Shown: positions 1-11,721, numbered from the whole stretch's first letter. The stretch: 63,224 nt of DNA, filler included, from Pelomyxa schiedti (GCA_020536535.1; 12 parts of 12 records of this genome joined end to end with filler, not necessarily neighbours in it); one strand, 5' to 3'. Made by a program: numbers and translations. The notes: generated by a model not told the origin, from the letters alone.

Positions 1-207
1 AGCCGGGCCTGCTTGAGTGAACCCCAACATCACCCATTACTGACCATCCCAGGACAGGAGACACCCTGAACGTGACACAGTCGGTAGCCCACCGCTGCAG
101 AGGAACGAAGAAGAACCTCTGCGTCTCGTGGCAATAATCCCACACGAGCCTGATTGCCAATGATGCGGAGTAACGCGACGAAGGGGACTGTGATGGACTC
201 GTCGTGC

Positions 208-283
<76 letters not shown>

Positions 284-435
284 GGACGAGGAGGCGGAGG
301 CGGAGGAGGATGAGTTGGACCCACCGCCACCAGCGCCACCACGACACCCACCGCCACGACAGCAGCGGGGGTGTGACATCAACAGCATGGCCACGAACTG
401 GTCTCGTGCACTCTGGGAGACTCTGACGGATACCG
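1..435. repeat. Dispersed repeat unit containing a (GATGAC)12 tract at 210-281; other copies at ~9387-10390 and inverted at ~43075-43295
   Basis: 1-45 is identical to 9387-9431. ~86-435 aligns with ~10109-10390 and with the reverse complement of ~43075-43295. The GAY tract length differs between copies. Confidence 0.85.
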
Positions 436-1888
436 ACCAGGCGCGATCGTCGACGTGTGGTTGCGGTTGTGGTTGTGGTTGTGTTGAACCCTTGTCGTTG
501 TTGTCGCTGTTGCTGTTGCTGTTGATCTTCAGCGTGGTGGGCATCGAAAAAAACGAAACGTCTTGTTTGTTTGTTATGGAGTATTTCCTGGAAGGCCCAA
601 TCCCCCTGCGGAGTACCACATCAACTCCGTCCTCACTCTCACCCTGTTTTTTTTTTGCCCTGAGCCCAATTGCTTGCTTGTAGTTTCGGGAACACGTGGA
701 AAAAAAACTACACCGAACGACCTGCAAGTTTTTCGTGTTATTTAAGAGTTGTTTTATTTCGTTTAGCTTTGTATTGTTCTCACATCAACACAGGTCTGTC
801 ATCGCAGATGCAAATAATAAATATTATATAGATAATATTATTTAGTATATATACATACTGACGCCACTCAGGAGAATGGTGAGCGCAGCTCTGCTCCGCT
901 TTTCCTCATCAGGTTTTCTCCTTCCTTGTCTCCCCAGTATTGCCTCACCTCCAATCCCAGATTTTTTTTTCCTTTTCCCACGTTCAACCTGTGTTGAAAT
1001 GGGTCTTTTGTTTTCGGCACCTTGTGGTGCTGGAGTGTGACCCCTCCTTTTTTTCTTTTTCGATTTAGCGGCATCCAAGACTTGAACTGCGATGAAAGCC
1101 TGTCATCACCAAGGTAAATCCCCCTCTCTTACCACCCCACTAAACCATGACAGGTAAATGCAGGGAAGACTGTCCCTGCCCTGCATTTCCGGCACTTTGT
1201 GACCTCCTTCTGGTTGGTGGCTTCTTCTTCCAGGCTCAAGATATTATTTAGGTGTAGGCCGACCTGCCTACAATCTCTCACCAAGGTACATTCCCTTTTT
1301 ATTATCAGCCACTCATCAACAACAGGACCCTGGATGCCGGCTGACGAACATAGTGCAATGCCAGGCTTTACTTCCACCTCCACCCACTTCGCCTTGGCAC
1401 TAACACTCCTGCGCACCTACACACCACTCCACTGAAGTGTGCCACATTCCCAACCTACACTAACCTCTGAAGGTGGTTTTCGACTTCAGGCAAAAGAAAC
1501 AAAAAAATCCAAAAAGAAGAAACAATGCTGGCAGCAGGAAGGACCAAGTCAACAACGACGCCGGCTCGGTGTGGCACCGGTGGGGTCCCAGCCACCACGA
1601 GCGCGACGAATACTCGGGAGACGGCGCTGTCGCGGGCTGTGATGGTGTCGCGCGTGGTGTGGGACGCCGTCCTCGTGCCCTGGTGTGAAAGTGATGACTT
1701 CCCGAAAAAGGGAATCACAGAGTCAGCCCTGAGCAACCCTCAGAAGTCGGACAACTTCTGGGAATTCAATGGCACATGACGCTGTGCTGTGCGTCCACTG
1801 AATACTTGGAATTCATGGGAGACAGGGCTTATAAGCAACACCACTTTCACCACAAACGCCTCAAGATCAATTAAAATAAATAAATACT

Positions 1889-4001
1889 TTGCTCCCTCCT
1901 TATCTCGCTACGAACGTGTTCGTCACTCCCCGTCAGGGACACCACTCACACTGGCTCGTGCCCAAGCTGCGTGGGCGCCGCCGCGAACTGACGGTAAAGC
2001 ACGCTGTGGCCCTGTGCGTGGTCGGCGAGGCGCTGTTCCCCCTGAGGGGCCTCGTGTGCAGGGCCCTCGTGGCCCTGCCGAACAAATGGCACGTGGCCCT
2101 GCGCGCGGCGGCGGAGGCAGGGAGCACCTCGTGCGTGGACTGGCTCATCGCGTCGAGGAGGAGGAATGCTGCAGCGAGAGAAGACGAGGAGGTGACCAAA
2201 ACTGATGGACTGGGCGAGGGAGGAAGCCCGAGCACGACGATGGAGGATGGCATTGGGAGGAGGAGGAGGGAAAACAAGGAGTTCGTGTGTGTGCTTGGGG
2301 GGCTGTGTGTGGGTGGGCACCTGGAGGAGGCTCAAAGGCTCGTCGGTGGGGACTGGCCCGGCCTCACTCAAAACAGAGACCAGCATGCTGGTCTCAGCTG
2401 TGGGGTTGAGAAGAGTGGAGGGAAACTCATTACTCGGGGGAGCAGGAGCTGGCTGAAAATGTGAGGGCTTCTGGAATTTTGGGGGAGGTTTGTGGGAGGG
2501 GGAGGAGGGACGCGGCCAAGTGGTTGATCCAGAGGTTTGGAATCAAGGATCCGTGGGAATTTGTGGGGCCACTTGGATCTGCTCTGGCCAGTGGTCACCT
2601 GGAGTTGGCTCAGTGGATGGTTGGCACCTTTGATTTGGTGGAAAGGTTCAAGAAACACGGCTACAGGGACTTTCACTCATACGCATGCGAGAGTGGGAAC
2701 CTGGAGGTTGTCAAGTGGTGCTTTGCCACGTTTCCCCAAGGGTTTTCACACTACGGTAGTTTCCTGGCTTGCATTGGGGGAAAGAGGGGTAGCAGTGTGG
2801 AAATCTGCCAATACGTCAGCAAACACATTGAGTTGCCTCACTCTCTTGACCTCGTTGAGTTTAGTTTCATCAGAAGGCTTGATGTGTTGAAGTGGGTGAT
2901 GTCCGAACTGCCTGCCGTTAATGCAAGTGTTCCCTTGTATGACGGAGGATTTATCTGGACCAATTGAGTTCATCAAATTCTTTGTGGAAGCCAACTTAGT
3001 CGCCGTTACACCAGAGCTATTCCTCGCAGTCTGCAGGAACTTCGAAGATAGCACCAAACTGGTGAAGTGGTTGTCAACGAGACTGTTGCTTTCACAAGAG
3101 GACCTTGACAACTCATTTGTCACTGCATTGGCGAACAGCAATACTTCGATTGCGTCATGGTTGGAAGATTCCCACCACCTCTTGGAACGGCACAGGGGAG
3201 TCACAGCTTCAAGACAGCTCCTTGTGAGGGTGTGCAAAGGAATTCCTTCTTTCAGAGGAGGGGTTGCAGGCCTGGAGTGGCTTCTGGGGCACCTGGATTT
3301 CAGTGGCACCCTTCACCATCAAACAGGGTTTGTTGTGGACAGTGTAAGAGATCTTTTGTGCAACCAGAAGTCAATTCGGGCGGCAAGCCTGCTCCTTGAG
3401 AAGTTCCCAATGATCCCTGAACAAGACAAGTCAGAAGTCTTCGCACAGGCCCTCAGAGAAAGCATACTTCAACTCGATTCTCTCCAACAGGCACAAACAA
3501 TTGCATCCATGGTGGAGAACAACATCCGTGGGTTAACCAAGGAGTGTGTCTCAATGGACCTTGAAAGCCACGTTTGTTTTCCCTCCAGCAAAGCAGTGAA
3601 GTGGCTGATCACACACTTTCAACTTGAACGGGAACACATCACAGCTGACAACAAGGAGCTACTGTACAAACTGATGTCGTGTGGCAAGGAGTGCTGTGCA
3701 GAGTGGATCATAAACAGGTTCAACATCACGTTGGATGAGGTAAGGCACCCGCACCCTCACTCAACCTCTCACGGGTTCTCCCCATGTGTTTTCTTTTCAG
3801 GTTTTGAGGTTGTCATGGGACTCCTCGTTCTTGATTTGTTGTGAATTGGCCACCTGGAAGATGATTGTTGAGGTGTTCCCAGGCCTCACAGCCACCCACA
3901 TCAAAGAGAAGTTCCTCAAGCTTGTGCGGTACTCACCTGTAATTACACAGTTCACTCTGAGGCACTTCCCTGATCTGACAATAGAGGACATCACTGGTTA
4001 A
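1889..4001 (+). CDS. Ankyrin-like repeat protein of an expanded orphan family; frameshifted, possible pseudogene
   Basis: Consecutive ORFs 1889-2464, 2461-2967, 2921-3739 and 3801-4001 carry degenerate ankyrin-like motifs (ALASGHLELAQWM, ACESGNLEVVKWC). GT-AG intron 3740-3800. Clearly similar to 53336-54845(-). An N-terminal 'VSRVVWD' motif lies upstream near 1640. Confidence 0.65.
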
Positions 4002-4204
4002 TGGCCGAGATACGGTTTTTTTTAAGCAAACCTCTCTTTATCCAATGGTCAAACCATTGATGTTGCAGCGTGTTGGACGGAGACCACCACGTGTGCACGG
4101 CAGGGAAGGGGGGCACGGAACTGGTCTCGCCCACGACGCAGTGCCACATTGGTGAGTACACCGTCATGTATTTTAGCCCGTTGCCGCGACATTCGGCCAG
4201 AGGC

Positions 4205-4330
4205 ATATCTCTTTGAGTCCGGATGCATAATTTGACCGTTAAAAAAGACTGAGAAATTTAAATTAAATTAATCGCAAAAAATCGAAATTGCCTTAACGGG
4301 CAAATTATGCATGGGGACTCAAAGAGATAT
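4205..4330. mobile_element. MITE with 38-bp imperfect terminal inverted repeats (including flanking ATAT)
   Basis: 4205-4242 ATATCTCTTTGAGTCCGGATGCATAATTTGACCGTTAA matches the reverse complement of 4293-4330 with 3 mismatches. AT-rich interior. Empty-site sequence seen at ~32150-32162. Confidence 0.8.
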
Positions 4331-4399
4331 CTGGATCAGTGGGCGGTGATTTTTTTCCCTACAAAAGGTGTATCATCACCGCCCAAAATCACCGCCCGG
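4331..4399. repeat. ATCACCGCCC-motif repeat shared with 32054-32160
   Basis: Near-identical to the reverse complement of ~32088-32156. Confidence 0.85.
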
Positions 4400-4426
4400 A
4401 ACCAGTGATCAAACCCTCCCGACGAA

Positions 4427-5430
4427 ATGCAAGGGGGTAGTAGTACAAGGTGGTTGCCTGACGATGTGGTTGTCATGGTGTACGATGTGATGCCGGCAGT
4501 CGTGTCGGACGACGGCGATGAATGGGCGCGAACTTACTCGACAATAACTTGCTTGTGTCACTCGATCAGGCAGTTGGTACTCCGTATGTTGCATGTAGTA
4601 GTGAGTGAGTGTGTGGGTGTGTTGTATTTGCGATTGTGATCACATTGCATTGTTAGGGTCTCTAACGGATACCAGAAACAGGGGCAGAAGGAGGCGAGGA
4701 GGCGTGGAAATCGAGCAGGCTGAGAAAGGTGATGGAATCCAGGCTGAGGCTGATGCCCAAGTGCATGTGGTTCATGGGAGCGAGGCCAGAGTCACTCGAG
4801 GCTGTGCTGTGGTCCTGGGGTGAGTTCACGACGAGGGGGAGGGCAAGGTCAGCCAGGAATAACTTTGGGCGTGGCCTGGGCGGGATCAAGGCCCTGTACG
4901 CGATGGCTGTGAGGAGAAACCTGTGTGTCAGGGAGCCTGGGTGTGCCTCCATCCTGGAGTATGTTCTGGGCAGGGATTCAAAGCTCCCTGACAGAGAATC
5001 TCCATCTGCTTTGTTGCAGATGTTGTCAGTTCCAAGCATCAGCACTGATGTGAGCCCGGACCCGAACTACTTCATAGAGTTCCTCAAGAAGGTGTGGGCG
5101 GTTAGTAATGGCGAGAGGCCGCTCCCAGCATGGAAGTTAGAGGCACTGTTTGAGTCATCCAATTCAGCAGGGGTTACTCTGTTTGGCAAGTATCTTGACT
5201 GGTGGAAAGGGGATGGTGACACAGTCAAGGCACTTGTGTTCTGCGCTGGACAAATGATCAGGGAGCCGTGGACTGGTGTCGCCAAAGAGCTCAGTGACAA
5301 CCAAATGGATGCACTGATGACGGTTCACCATGTATTTCGTTCAACTCCAGAAAAAGCAGAGAGAATGGAAAAAGTGAATCGAGACTGGTCGAGAGCCCTC
5401 GACCACGCACACAAACACTGGTTCTTATGA
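4427..5430 (+). CDS. Hypothetical protein, probably two exons; weakly F-box-like N-terminus
   Basis: ORF 4427-4639 (WLPDDVVVMVY...LCHSIRQLV) followed by the 233-aa ORF 4729-5430. Splice sites not resolved. Confidence 0.45.
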
Positions 5431-5512
5431 TGTTTTTTTGCACCATCTAAAATTTCATTTTTTTTTCTTAAACGTGCTTTTCCACACCTTTTTTTTGGTT
5501 TTTCCACACCTT

Positions 5513-7288
5513 TCAAGGTTCAGCCACTACGATGAAGGTGCAATCCAAGTTCTTCATCATCGCTTTTACTGCCTTTTTGGCGTTGGTGTTTCCACGAGAG
5601 TCAGCAATGCGGTACCACCTCATTGCCTCCCTTGCATCCCTTGTTGGTGTGCCGGTTCCAAGCTCCCAGCATCGGCCCACATTGAGTGGAGAGTCGTTGT
5701 TGCCAAGCAATGCCGCCCTGCTGTACAGCTTGAATGCTTCCGAAAGGTCTTTTGGAACACCCTGTCCCCGGGTGTATATCGAGGCCAGGTTGGCCAGTGC
5801 CTGCGGTGAGGGTCCCTTTGGGTTGGAAATGGCCTTTCTGTACCAATGAGCAGCCAATGAGTAGTCAACATGAACACCAGTGCCTTGTGAGTAACAAAAT
5901 CCCACATCATTCTGGGCACCACAGTTTCCCAACTCTGCGGCCTGATGAAGCAACCTGAAGGACTCTTTCAAGTCCTGTGGAACACCAGCACCTTCCCTGT
6001 ACATGCCAGCCAGTTTCCTCATTGCAAAGTGGTTTCCCTGTGCCACTGCCAGTCGAAAATATCTGGCAGCTTCAGCTGTATCCTTTTTCACACCAATTCC
6101 CTTGAGAAGAGCCAGTCCAACCTCAGTCTGAGCAATGAACTCCCCTTGGTCGGCAGCCAGCCTAAGAAGCTTCAAACTCTCAACTGGGTCACTTGTCTCT
6201 GTTCCCAGCCTGCACTGTGCCTTTGCCACTCCATGTTCTGCAGCAATTTTCAGCAGCCTCAAGCTTTCCTGTGGGTCCTTGATGACTCCCTCTCCATTCT
6301 TGTAGCAGTTTGACAAACTTGCACAGGCGGTTGGAAGTGCACAGCTCCTTATGTACCACGAAACAGCCTCATTTTTGTCCACATAAACACCAATCCCAAA
6401 TCGGTAGCAGTTTCCCAAGTTTCTCTGAGCAATCAACAGCCCTTGCTCTGCGGCCATGGTATACAATCGAAAGGCCTTCACTTGGTCCTTTTCCACACCA
6501 CTCCCTTTTTCATAACACAGTCCCAGGGCGTTCTGTGCCAAAGAAAACTTGTATGGCTCACAGGCTTGCATGTGAATAACGCACCGGTCTGCTTCCTCCT
6601 TGAACAGCAGTGAACCCTTTAAGAAGTGACCAGCACAGAACAGAGCCCTGGACTTGCCCCCATCCACACCCACATCAACAACCTCCACACCACACGCTCT
6701 GTCAAGCAAATCACCCATGAACCTCTGACACACACCACTGCACCTCTTCACCCGATCCAATAACGCCTCTGGAAGGTACACCGAGTGGGGCCTCTGATGA
6801 CTGAACCTTTCTGGGTTGTTGTTGTACACGTACCTCAGAATCATCAGCCCAAGGGCCTTTCCAGGAAGTGTTTCCTGCTCCTGTTCCTCCATCATCATGA
6901 TTTCAGACTCACCACCTACTGTTGTTGTTGTTGTTGTTGACTTGGTGGCATTTAAATGTTGCTTTGTTGAACTTGTTGTTGTTGTGGTCGACCCACAATT
7001 AGAAACTGGGGGAGACGGTGGTGGGCCCTGGGTGGCAAGACCGATTGTGTTGATGTTCAAGTCGTCGTGTGATGCACAGCCCAGCAGACGAAGACAGTGG
7101 TTGTGCGCAGCGACGTAGTCGTTGGAGCCAAACGCTGCGAGGACCGCAAAGCCGAGAGCGCGAAGTTGATCATCATTGCAACCCAAATTGTGGGTTTCAG
7201 TTGTTGGTGTCGCCGGGTCGCCTCCCACAATTAAGCTCCCCTCTGCGTTGTCCCGTTGCCCCCGCTCGGCGTCTCTCTGTTTCATCAT
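5513..7288 (-). CDS. Sel1-like repeat (SLR) protein
   Basis: Multiple Sel1 repeats (AQNALGLCYEKGSGVEKDQVKAFRLYTMAAEQG; AQNDVGFCYSQGTGV). ATG at 7288 preferred because the upstream part of the ORF runs into a duplicated fragment. Confidence 0.93.
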   Translation of the reverse strand: MMKQRDAERGQRDNAEGSLIVGGDPATPTTETHNLGCNDDQLRALGFAVLAAFGSNDYVAAHNHCLRLLGCASHDDLNINTIGLATQGPPPSPPVSNCGSTTTTTSSTKQHLNATKSTTTTTTVGGESEIMMMEEQEQETLPGKALGLMILRYVYNNNPERFSHQRPHSVYLPEALLDRVKRCSGVCQRFMGDLLDRACGVEVVDVGVDGGKSRALFCAGHFLKGSLLFKEEADRCVIHMQACEPYKFSLAQNALGLCYEKGSGVEKDQVKAFRLYTMAAEQGLLIAQRNLGNCYRFGIGVYVDKNEAVSWYIRSCALPTACASLSNCYKNGEGVIKDPQESLRLLKIAAEHGVAKAQCRLGTETSDPVESLKLLRLAADQGEFIAQTEVGLALLKGIGVKKDTAEAARYFRLAVAQGNHFAMRKLAGMYREGAGVPQDLKESFRLLHQAAELGNCGAQNDVGFCYSQGTGVHVDYSLAAHWYRKAISNPKGPSPQALANLASIYTRGQGVPKDLSEAFKLYSRAALLGNNDSPLNVGRCWELGTGTPTRDAREAMRWYRIADSRGNTNAKKAVKAMMKNLDCTFIVVAEP

Positions 7289-7618
7289 TTTATCATTCTG
7301 GGAAAAATCATTGTGACGGTTGTCGCCCCAACAGCCTGCACTGTGCCTTTGCCACTCCATGTTCTGCAGCAATTTTCAGCAGCCTCTAGCTTTCCTGTGG
7401 GTCCTTGATGACTCCCTCTCCATTCTTGTAGCAGTCTGACAGATTTTTACATGAAAACTGATTATGGTTTGTATTAGTAACTGACGTTGTGGCCGTCGTC
7501 GTAGTTGTTGGGGCGACAACCGTTTCGTATGTGCCAGTTGCATTTTATCAGAAGAACTGTTCAACAGCAGAGTGGGACAAACAATCACCAGGGAAAAAAA
7601 CCAGGTGCTCTTTAACAA

Positions 7619-9103
7619 TCAGGACAGCTCCAATGTCAGGTCAAACTCATCTGGATCAGAAAGCTGCCTCGGCCTTCCAGGGGCGTTGTATGTGATGGCT
7701 GCCAAAAGGGTGTCAGTCTCAGCATCAGTTACAGGATACCTCACTGATGTCCTCTTGAGGCGTTCTCGTTCTGTGGGTGGGCCGCACTCCCACACGAAAA
7801 TGCCACACTCCAGGACCATAGTAATCCACATCGTGGATCCATCTGTGCTGCCTGGAACTTGCTTGTGCCTGTAACCACGGGCACATGGTGTAGTGAGGTC
7901 ACTGGTGTGGAACACACTGTAGGAGATGGTGGGGGAGGCAACTGAGAGGAGGTTGCTGCTAAGGGGCTCCACGAACCCATCAATGGTGTGGGTCTGGTTC
8001 GTGACGGTGTTGTGGAGTAAGTGCACTCGGTTGGTGGATCCCTGTTGTGGGACACACACGCAAATTGGATCGCCACCAAACACTGTGGTGTGTTCATTCC
8101 GGGGCAATGGCAGAGTCACAGGCCCCCTCTGGAGCACAAGTGACCTCTGTGTGAATGTGGCCACCAAGTCAATGGACTGCAGCAGAATCTCGTTGAAATT
8201 ATCAGGTGACTTGGGAACAGCCATGAGAAGAACATCGGCGTCACGGTCACAGAGAGATACGCTCAAAATTGTGGAATTGTCCCAGCTGATTGTTGCAAGA
8301 TCCTCTGGAGTGAACAACAAAGGCTTGCAAGACTCGCCTTCAGCACTGGGATTCACCTCGGAGTCGCAGAGCCTCAGCAGCGTAATCTCAATTGTATTAG
8401 CGATCACGATCCACCTGCTGTTGCAGCAAACTGAGGTGTTGATCCAGCTCGGTGTACAAGTGAACACGTTCCTGACCATCACACCACTCCCATCCACGAT
8501 GTCAACCATCACCCCATTGGCCAGCGTCCTGGTGACAACCAGCCTGTCCCTGCCAATTTTTTTGCCTGATACTCCTTCTCCTTCTTCAGCCGGTGGTTGT
8601 ATTCTGGCCGCTGTGGCCTGTTCTCCGATGCACCCAGCCATCTGCGTGGCGGCCAACGCGGCCCCGAACGTTGGGAACTGGCCGAACCGCACGACTCCGA
8701 GGGTCGGCGACAGCCGCATCCACACGTGCACCTCGTAGTGCTCGTCCTCCAGGCTCCCGCCCTTGATCCCTCCCCTCAGCGTGAACGCGACGTCCCTGCA
8801 GGGCCCGAGCACCCAGTTCCGGCCCAGCTCGGCGACGACCGACGGGGACTGGGCGAGGAGCCTGGCCGGCGACTGCGGCCGCGTCCTGGGCACCAGCGAG
8901 CCGCACGCGAACGCGACGAACTGCTGGGCGGCCAGCAAGAACACGTCGAGCGTGACGTGGCGCTGCTGGGGCCGGGAGGGCAGCAACGGCGATGATGGCG
9001 GTGGTTGCTGGGCGTCGGTGTCCCTCTTTGCCTTGTTGTGCAGTGCACTGCCCATCGGTTTGGTTTTTTTGGTGGAACATCGTTGATATCCAGTCAGTTC
9101 CAT
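7619..9103 (-). CDS. Orphan family protein (QF-x-A...SP motif family), 494 aa
   Basis: Long intronless ORF. N-terminal motif AAQQFVAFACG...SPARLL, then LSPTLGVV and CNSRWIV motifs shared with 48109-49728 and 54946-55609. Confidence 0.8.
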   Translation of the reverse strand: MELTGYQRCSTKKTKPMGSALHNKAKRDTDAQQPPPSSPLLPSRPQQRHVTLDVFLLAAQQFVAFACGSLVPRTRPQSPARLLAQSPSVVAELGRNWVLGPCRDVAFTLRGGIKGGSLEDEHYEVHVWMRLSPTLGVVRFGQFPTFGAALAATQMAGCIGEQATAARIQPPAEEGEGVSGKKIGRDRLVVTRTLANGVMVDIVDGSGVMVRNVFTCTPSWINTSVCCNSRWIVIANTIEITLLRLCDSEVNPSAEGESCKPLLFTPEDLATISWDNSTILSVSLCDRDADVLLMAVPKSPDNFNEILLQSIDLVATFTQRSLVLQRGPVTLPLPRNEHTTVFGGDPICVCVPQQGSTNRVHLLHNTVTNQTHTIDGFVEPLSSNLLSVASPTISYSVFHTSDLTTPCARGYRHKQVPGSTDGSTMWITMVLECGIFVWECGPPTERERLKRTSVRYPVTDAETDTLLAAITYNAPGRPRQLSDPDEFDLTLELS

Positions 9104-9446
9104 TCTCTGAATGCTTGGTCCTACCCCCTTGGAAACAGGCCTGTTTATTGCCGATAAATGTTGTTCCTAGCTGTGATTGATGGCCATGCGACATTGTCAC
9201 TCACCCGCGGGACCCGGTACCTGGAAGCTGATCAGAGTGTTCAACAAGGTGAATTCCTGCGAGAGCGACCAGTGACTTCGGCATTGCCACCTCACACTTC
9301 GAACTGGCTATCTCATCACTGGGGCTCAACTTCTCACTCACTTTGACAATCACCAGCCATGACTTTGTTTCCCGCCAACAAGTAGAAGCCGGGCCTGCTT
9401 GAGTGAACCCCAACATCACCCATTACTGACCCCCCCGAACGTCCCA

Positions 9447-10093
9447 CAACCAATGCTTTTCGGAGTTTACTCTTCTGAACCAACTTAGTTTCGGGAGACT
9501 CCGCAATAAGTTGGGGTGCGGCCAACTTGGGGTAAAAAAAACGGAGTTCTAAGTCGAACAGTTCTTCAGAGCAGCGTGGAGTGAACCAGTGAATGCACCT
9601 TGCTTGCAACAGCTTGTCACAAGTTGAGTCGCTGTTGTTGGATGCAGAGGGGAGTGATTGTTGAACTGCAGACAGCACTGCTGAGGTCACATGTCCTTTC
9701 CCCACAAGTTTTTGAAGTGCGTCATGCAACTTCTTAGGTAACCAGACAGGACGCTGGTTTGGGTGGTCTTGCTTGTTTGGGGAGGAAGTGCTTTGGCTCA
9801 TTGTGCCCACAGTAAAAAAAAACCTCACTACAATCTTAGAAAACAACACCACAACTTGCACCCACCACCTTCGAGAGCAATAGGTTGCGGTTACTCCCGA
9901 TCGTTTTTGGAGTTTACTCCGAAAAAACCCTGTTTTTTGCCGATTTCTTGGCTCTAAGCCACGCTTCTGACATCGCCTGATCACCATGTCTTCCCAACGC
10001 TGTTTGTATATTTATCACCTTGTTTCGGTTGAGAGACAGCCCTGCGTTGCAAAGAAAGCAATTTTTTTATATTTTCGAGTAAACTCCATTGGC
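9447..10093. mobile_element. 647-bp insertion flanked by a CGTCCCA direct repeat, with imperfect inverted ends
   Basis: CGTCCCA at 9440-9446 and 10094-10100. Both ends share CCAATG...GAGTTTACTC in inverted orientation. The segment is absent from the related copies at 1-90 and ~43290. Confidence 0.6.
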
Positions 10094-11544
10094 CGTCCCA
10101 AGTCGGTTGCCCCACCGCTGCAGAGGAACGAAGAAGAACCTCTGCGTCCGGTGGCAATAATCCCACACGAGCCTGATTGCCAATGACGATGGACTTGTCA
10201 TGCACGATGATGATGACGATGACGAGGACGAGGACGAGGCCGAGGAGGAGGATGAGATGGTGGAACCAGCGCCGCCACGACACCCACCGCCACGACAGCA
10301 GCGGGGGGGGTGGGGGTGGTGCGACATCAACAGCATGTGGCCACGAACTGGTCTCGTGCACTCTGGGAGACGCTGACCGACACGGACGAGGTGCGAACGG
10401 TTGTTACGGCGTAAACAAATTATGGGGTGTTGCTTTGTATGCGGCGTTGTGTGGTGGTCGTCGTGGCCACACAACAGCCGTCCTCGACAGAAACTTTTTC
10501 TGTTCTCAGAACTGTTGATCTGAGAATCACAGAGCTCCAAGAGTGCATCCGAATGCGGCAACATAAAGCAACCACTTGTGGCTCTCACCATGAGGAAGAA
10601 ATCCCTGAGAAATTGCCACACTCCCAGTGGGAACCCATAATGGCGAATTCGAATTAGTCAAGCTTAGCGCGCGTTTTTTGCCTTCGACAAGACATATTTT
10701 ATTTTTTTTTAAACAAAACAAAACAAACAAACACGAAGGCAAGGCGGAAGACGACACACAGGTATTTATTGAACAACGTTTATTGTTATTTTCATGTCGT
10801 GGTGGATGTTGTTTTTTCGCTTTTTTTTATTTATCTTCCCCCTCCCTCACCGACACACAGATCTCGAGATCTTGCTGCGCCATGTAGCGACGATGAGTTG
10901 ACTGCGGTTCTTGCCATACAGTGCAGCGTGGTGGTAGTGCAGAGTGGGGAGCGGTGCAGGCTGGCTGCGGCGCGGGGGGGAGAGACTTCTGTCTGTGTGG
11001 CTGCTGCTGCTGGGGGAGGGTGCTTCTTGCAACCGGCGACACATCATCATCATCATCGTGGCAATCCCGGGCGGGGAGGCCTTTGCAGGGCGCGGCCTTG
11101 GACGATGGGGCCCTGTGCCACAACCTAACCAGTTGCGGGACGACCCCACCCTGTGCGACCGCGTCATCCGCGACCTCCTCTTGCACGAGCGGAAAGCGAC
11201 GACCGGGCCATCCACCACGTTTGCAACACAACGCGGAGGGACCCGGCCCTGTGGCTTCTGTATGTGCCAAATCTTCTTCCTCTTCCAGTCGAAGTCTGAA
11301 AGTCGCTGTCATCACGTGAGCATTACAAGCCAGTCGTGGTTATTGACAAGGCCTCCTTCGCAAATTGTAAGTCAGCACCACTCATTCTCTGATAGTAATA
11401 TTCTTTGCACAGGGGAGGAGACCGAGAAACAGTCTTGGATGAATCATATTCAGCAGGAATCCTTCCGTGACTGAACTTACCTCATTCTTCCCACCGAATA
11501 CCGTCATCAGAGCGTGCGTCATTTGTTGCAGAACAACAAGCACC

Positions 11545-11721
11545 GGCCAATCCCCGTGGGAGTCTCGCCATGGGTTGGAGCCTTCCGGTTGGCGCGTCTG
11601 GACGGCGCGTTTAAGCCCGGGGGACCTCATCTTGTGACAGACCCTTGCGAGGGGACGTGTCGACGGGGCCTTGTCACGGGGGAAAGCTCCGCGATGGGAC
11701 TCTGCCGACGCCTCTCTGGCC
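11545..11721 (+). repeat. 177-nt structured repeat, copy 1 (candidate ncRNA or SINE-like element)
   Basis: Near-identical to 12194-12370 and to inverted copies 41257-41433 and 41907-42083. Extensive self-complementarity. Confidence 0.85.

Noticed and set aside
30-426. ORFs with VIVIVI, HRHRHR or MTMTMT runs
   Set aside because: Alternative-frame translations of the (GATGAC)n microsatellite.
4341-4397. ATCACCGCC similarity to phage lambda operator half-sites
   Set aside because: Short match in a eukaryotic context with no phage genes; treated as coincidence.
11475-11482. ACTTACCT resembling the U1 snRNA 5' end
   Set aside because: No U1 stem-loops or Sm site follow; it is equally the reverse complement of a donor-like AGGTAAGT.
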